DNA from: Chloroflexota bacterium
Lineage (GTDB): Bacteria > Chloroflexota > Anaerolineae > Anaerolineales > Villigracilaceae
Direction of reading: 5' to 3'
DNA length: 32,453 bases
Assembly (NCBI GenBank): GCA_041301835.1
Contig: JBFYSG010000003.1
Coordinates: 1-32,453, forward strand
Shown piece after piece: positions 31,291 through 32,453 of the stretch (its first letter is position 1; each line of letters starts with the position of its first letter). Under the pieces are notes generated by a model that worked only from the letters and a program-made list of their open reading frames with translations, made no database searches and was not told the DNA's origin. Position numbers and translations under genes: made by a program.

Positions 31291-31438
31291 ACAGCGTAAT
31301 CAGGTTGCAAGTGTTCGTGCTGGAAACAAAGAGGACCGGCCCAGAACTAAGCACCATGTTCGGACCGGTTTTTTAGTACAGCCGACACAGGCAACACAAC
31401 ATATCCTTTTTTAGACGAAAGCAAGGAGAAATAAAGAA

Positions 31439-31648
31439 ATGGCAGAACGTGTCACAGGAACGGTAAAATGGTTCAATGCGTCGAAGGGCTACGGCTTCAT
31501 CGCGCGCGAGGGCGGACCCGATGTCTTCGTCCATTTTAGCGCCATTCAGAACGAGGGCTTCAAGACCCTCAACGAAGGCCAGCAGGTCGAGTTCGAAATC
31601 GAACAGGGACCCAAAGGACTTCAGGCGGCTAATGTCAGGGCACTGTAA
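31439..31648 (+). CDS. cspA: Cold-shock protein (CspA family, cold-shock domain)
   Basis: '[15 protein letters not shown]' (RNP1) and 'DVFVHFSAI' (RNP2) are present in a 69-aa protein. The SD is AAGGAGA. Confidence 0.95.
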   Translation: MAERVTGTVKWFNASKGYGFIAREGGPDVFVHFSAIQNEGFKTLNEGQQVEFEIEQGPKGLQAANVRAL

Positions 31649-31670
31649 CCCAATCTGAATGCGATCCACG

Positions 31671-31702
31671 AATCCCTCCCCGATCGGGGAGGGATTTTTT
31701 TA
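31671..31702 (+). terminator. Intrinsic terminator after the csp gene
   Basis: Perfect 11-bp stem: aatccctcccc (31671-31681) pairs with ggggagggatt (31686-31696). The loop is gatc, followed by a T-run. Confidence 0.85.
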
Positions 31703-31736
31703 AATCCGGTGGAACTAAATGCAGCAACAGTTCGTC

Positions 31737-31766
31737 TTCACTGGTATTCTGGATGCATGATAAAAT
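31737..31766 (+). promoter_or_regulatory. Candidate promoter for the Yip1-like gene (TTCACT, 18-nt spacer, extended -10 TGaTAAAAT)
   Basis: The -35-like TTCACT is at 31737-31742. TGATAAAAT ends at 31766. Confidence 0.3.
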
Positions 31767-31794
31767 CCGCTCACCGATTGCTGGATGGAAAACC

Positions 31795-32453
31795 ATGAGC
31801 ATGTCATCATCTCCCACAACCCGCCGGATCGATCTGAAGGGATTGGTCCAATTCATCCTCCACCCCAGACAGGTCTTTGAAGCCATCCTTGGGCAGAAGA
31901 AGCCTGCCTGGTTGACCCCCATGCTGACCCTCAGCCTGACGCTGTTGTTGAGCACCATCGTCACGGGTTTCCTGCGCGCCCGTTCCGCCGCCATGGGTGA
32001 GGTCAGCCTACCTGTCGATTGGCAGTGGTGGTCAAGCGAGATGCAGAATAACTACATGCAGGCAGTGCAGGCTACCCAAAGCCCCGTGTTTTTATACATC
32101 ATCCCAGCCATCATTGGCTTGGTGGGGTTATGGCTCGGTTGGGGCATCTTGAGCGGGCTGCTCCACCTTGCATCCACCTTGCTGGGAGGCAGGGGATCGC
32201 TCTCCTCTGCCTTGAATATCGTGTCCTGGGGGACACTGCCTCTTGCCCTGCGTGACATCCTGCGGATCGTCTATATGCTCTTTGCAGGTCATCCGATCAG
32301 GTCTGCCGGACTTTCGGGATTCATCACGGGATCCGAAGGCGGGGTGCTCTTCCTGGCAAACCTGTTCGAGTCGCTCGATATCTTCCTGGTGTGGCAGATC
32401 TTGTTGCTGGTGCTGGGCTTATCGATCCTTGACAATCTGCCGCGCGGAAAAGC
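31795..32453 (+). CDS. Yip1-domain family polytopic membrane protein (3' end cut by the window edge)
   Basis: This ORF is not in the supplied track because it has no stop inside the window. My own translation from ATG 31795 is 'MSMSSSPTTRRIDLKGLVQFILHPRQVFEAILGQKKPAWLTPMLTLSLTLLLSTIV...WGTLPLALRDILRIVYML...LFESLDIFLVWQILLLVLGLS', open to nt 32453. It has several TM segments and a Yip1-like layout. Confidence 0.6.
   Translation, partial: MSMSSSPTTRRIDLKGLVQFILHPRQVFEAILGQKKPAWLTPMLTLSLTLLLSTIVTGFLRARSAAMGEVSLPVDWQWWSSEMQNNYMQAVQATQSPVFLYIIPAIIGLVGLWLGWGILSGLLHLASTLLGGRGSLSSALNIVSWGTLPLALRDILRIVYMLFAGHPIRSAGLSGFITGSEGGVLFLANLFESLDIFLVWQILLLVLGLSILDNLPRGK

Noticed and set aside
31373-31669. 98-aa minus-strand ORF overlapping the cold-shock gene
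   Set aside because: It lies antisense to an unmistakable CspA-family gene and its terminator, and has no SD and no motifs.

Overview
High-GC bacterial chromosomal window: hand counts of sample stretches give about 58-65% GC. It holds about 30 protein genes, one tRNA-Ser(CGA), and several clear intrinsic terminators and sigma70-like promoters. The content is mostly core housekeeping: split glutamine-dependent NAD synthetase, ribosomal proteins L9 and L25/Ctc, RimO, NusB, Asp23, TrmI and CspA. These are interleaved with cell-envelope genes: a sortase/DUF11-like surface protein, an L,D-transpeptidase, a RodZ-like protein, a DsbA-cyclophilin lipoprotein, PrsW-like and DedA proteins, a penicillin-acylase-family protein and several lipoproteins. 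The domain architectures and Pro/Thr/Ala-rich linkers suggest a Chloroflexota (Anaerolineae-like) genome, but that is inference only. I found no CRISPR array, transposase, integrase, phage genes or recognisable defence island, so I cannot honestly point to a clear new multi-gene 'system'. The items most worth a second look are these. (1) A sortase catalytic domain fused in cis behind an LPQTG motif and surface repeats. (2) A near-consensus promoter, 10-codon uORF and intrinsic terminator packed just upstream of a low-GC standalone SWIM zinc-finger gene, which could be a small RNA or an attenuator. (3) An orphan OmpR-type regulator lacking every phospho-acceptor residue. (4) A tightly coupled four-gene envelope operon containing an unusual DsbA-cyclophilin fusion lipoprotein. 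(5) A pair of paralogous uncharacterised lipoproteins followed by a zinc-ribbon protein. (6) TATAAT boxes placed exactly 7 nt upstream of ATG starts, suggesting leaderless mRNAs. All functional calls come from motif recognition by eye, with no database search run.
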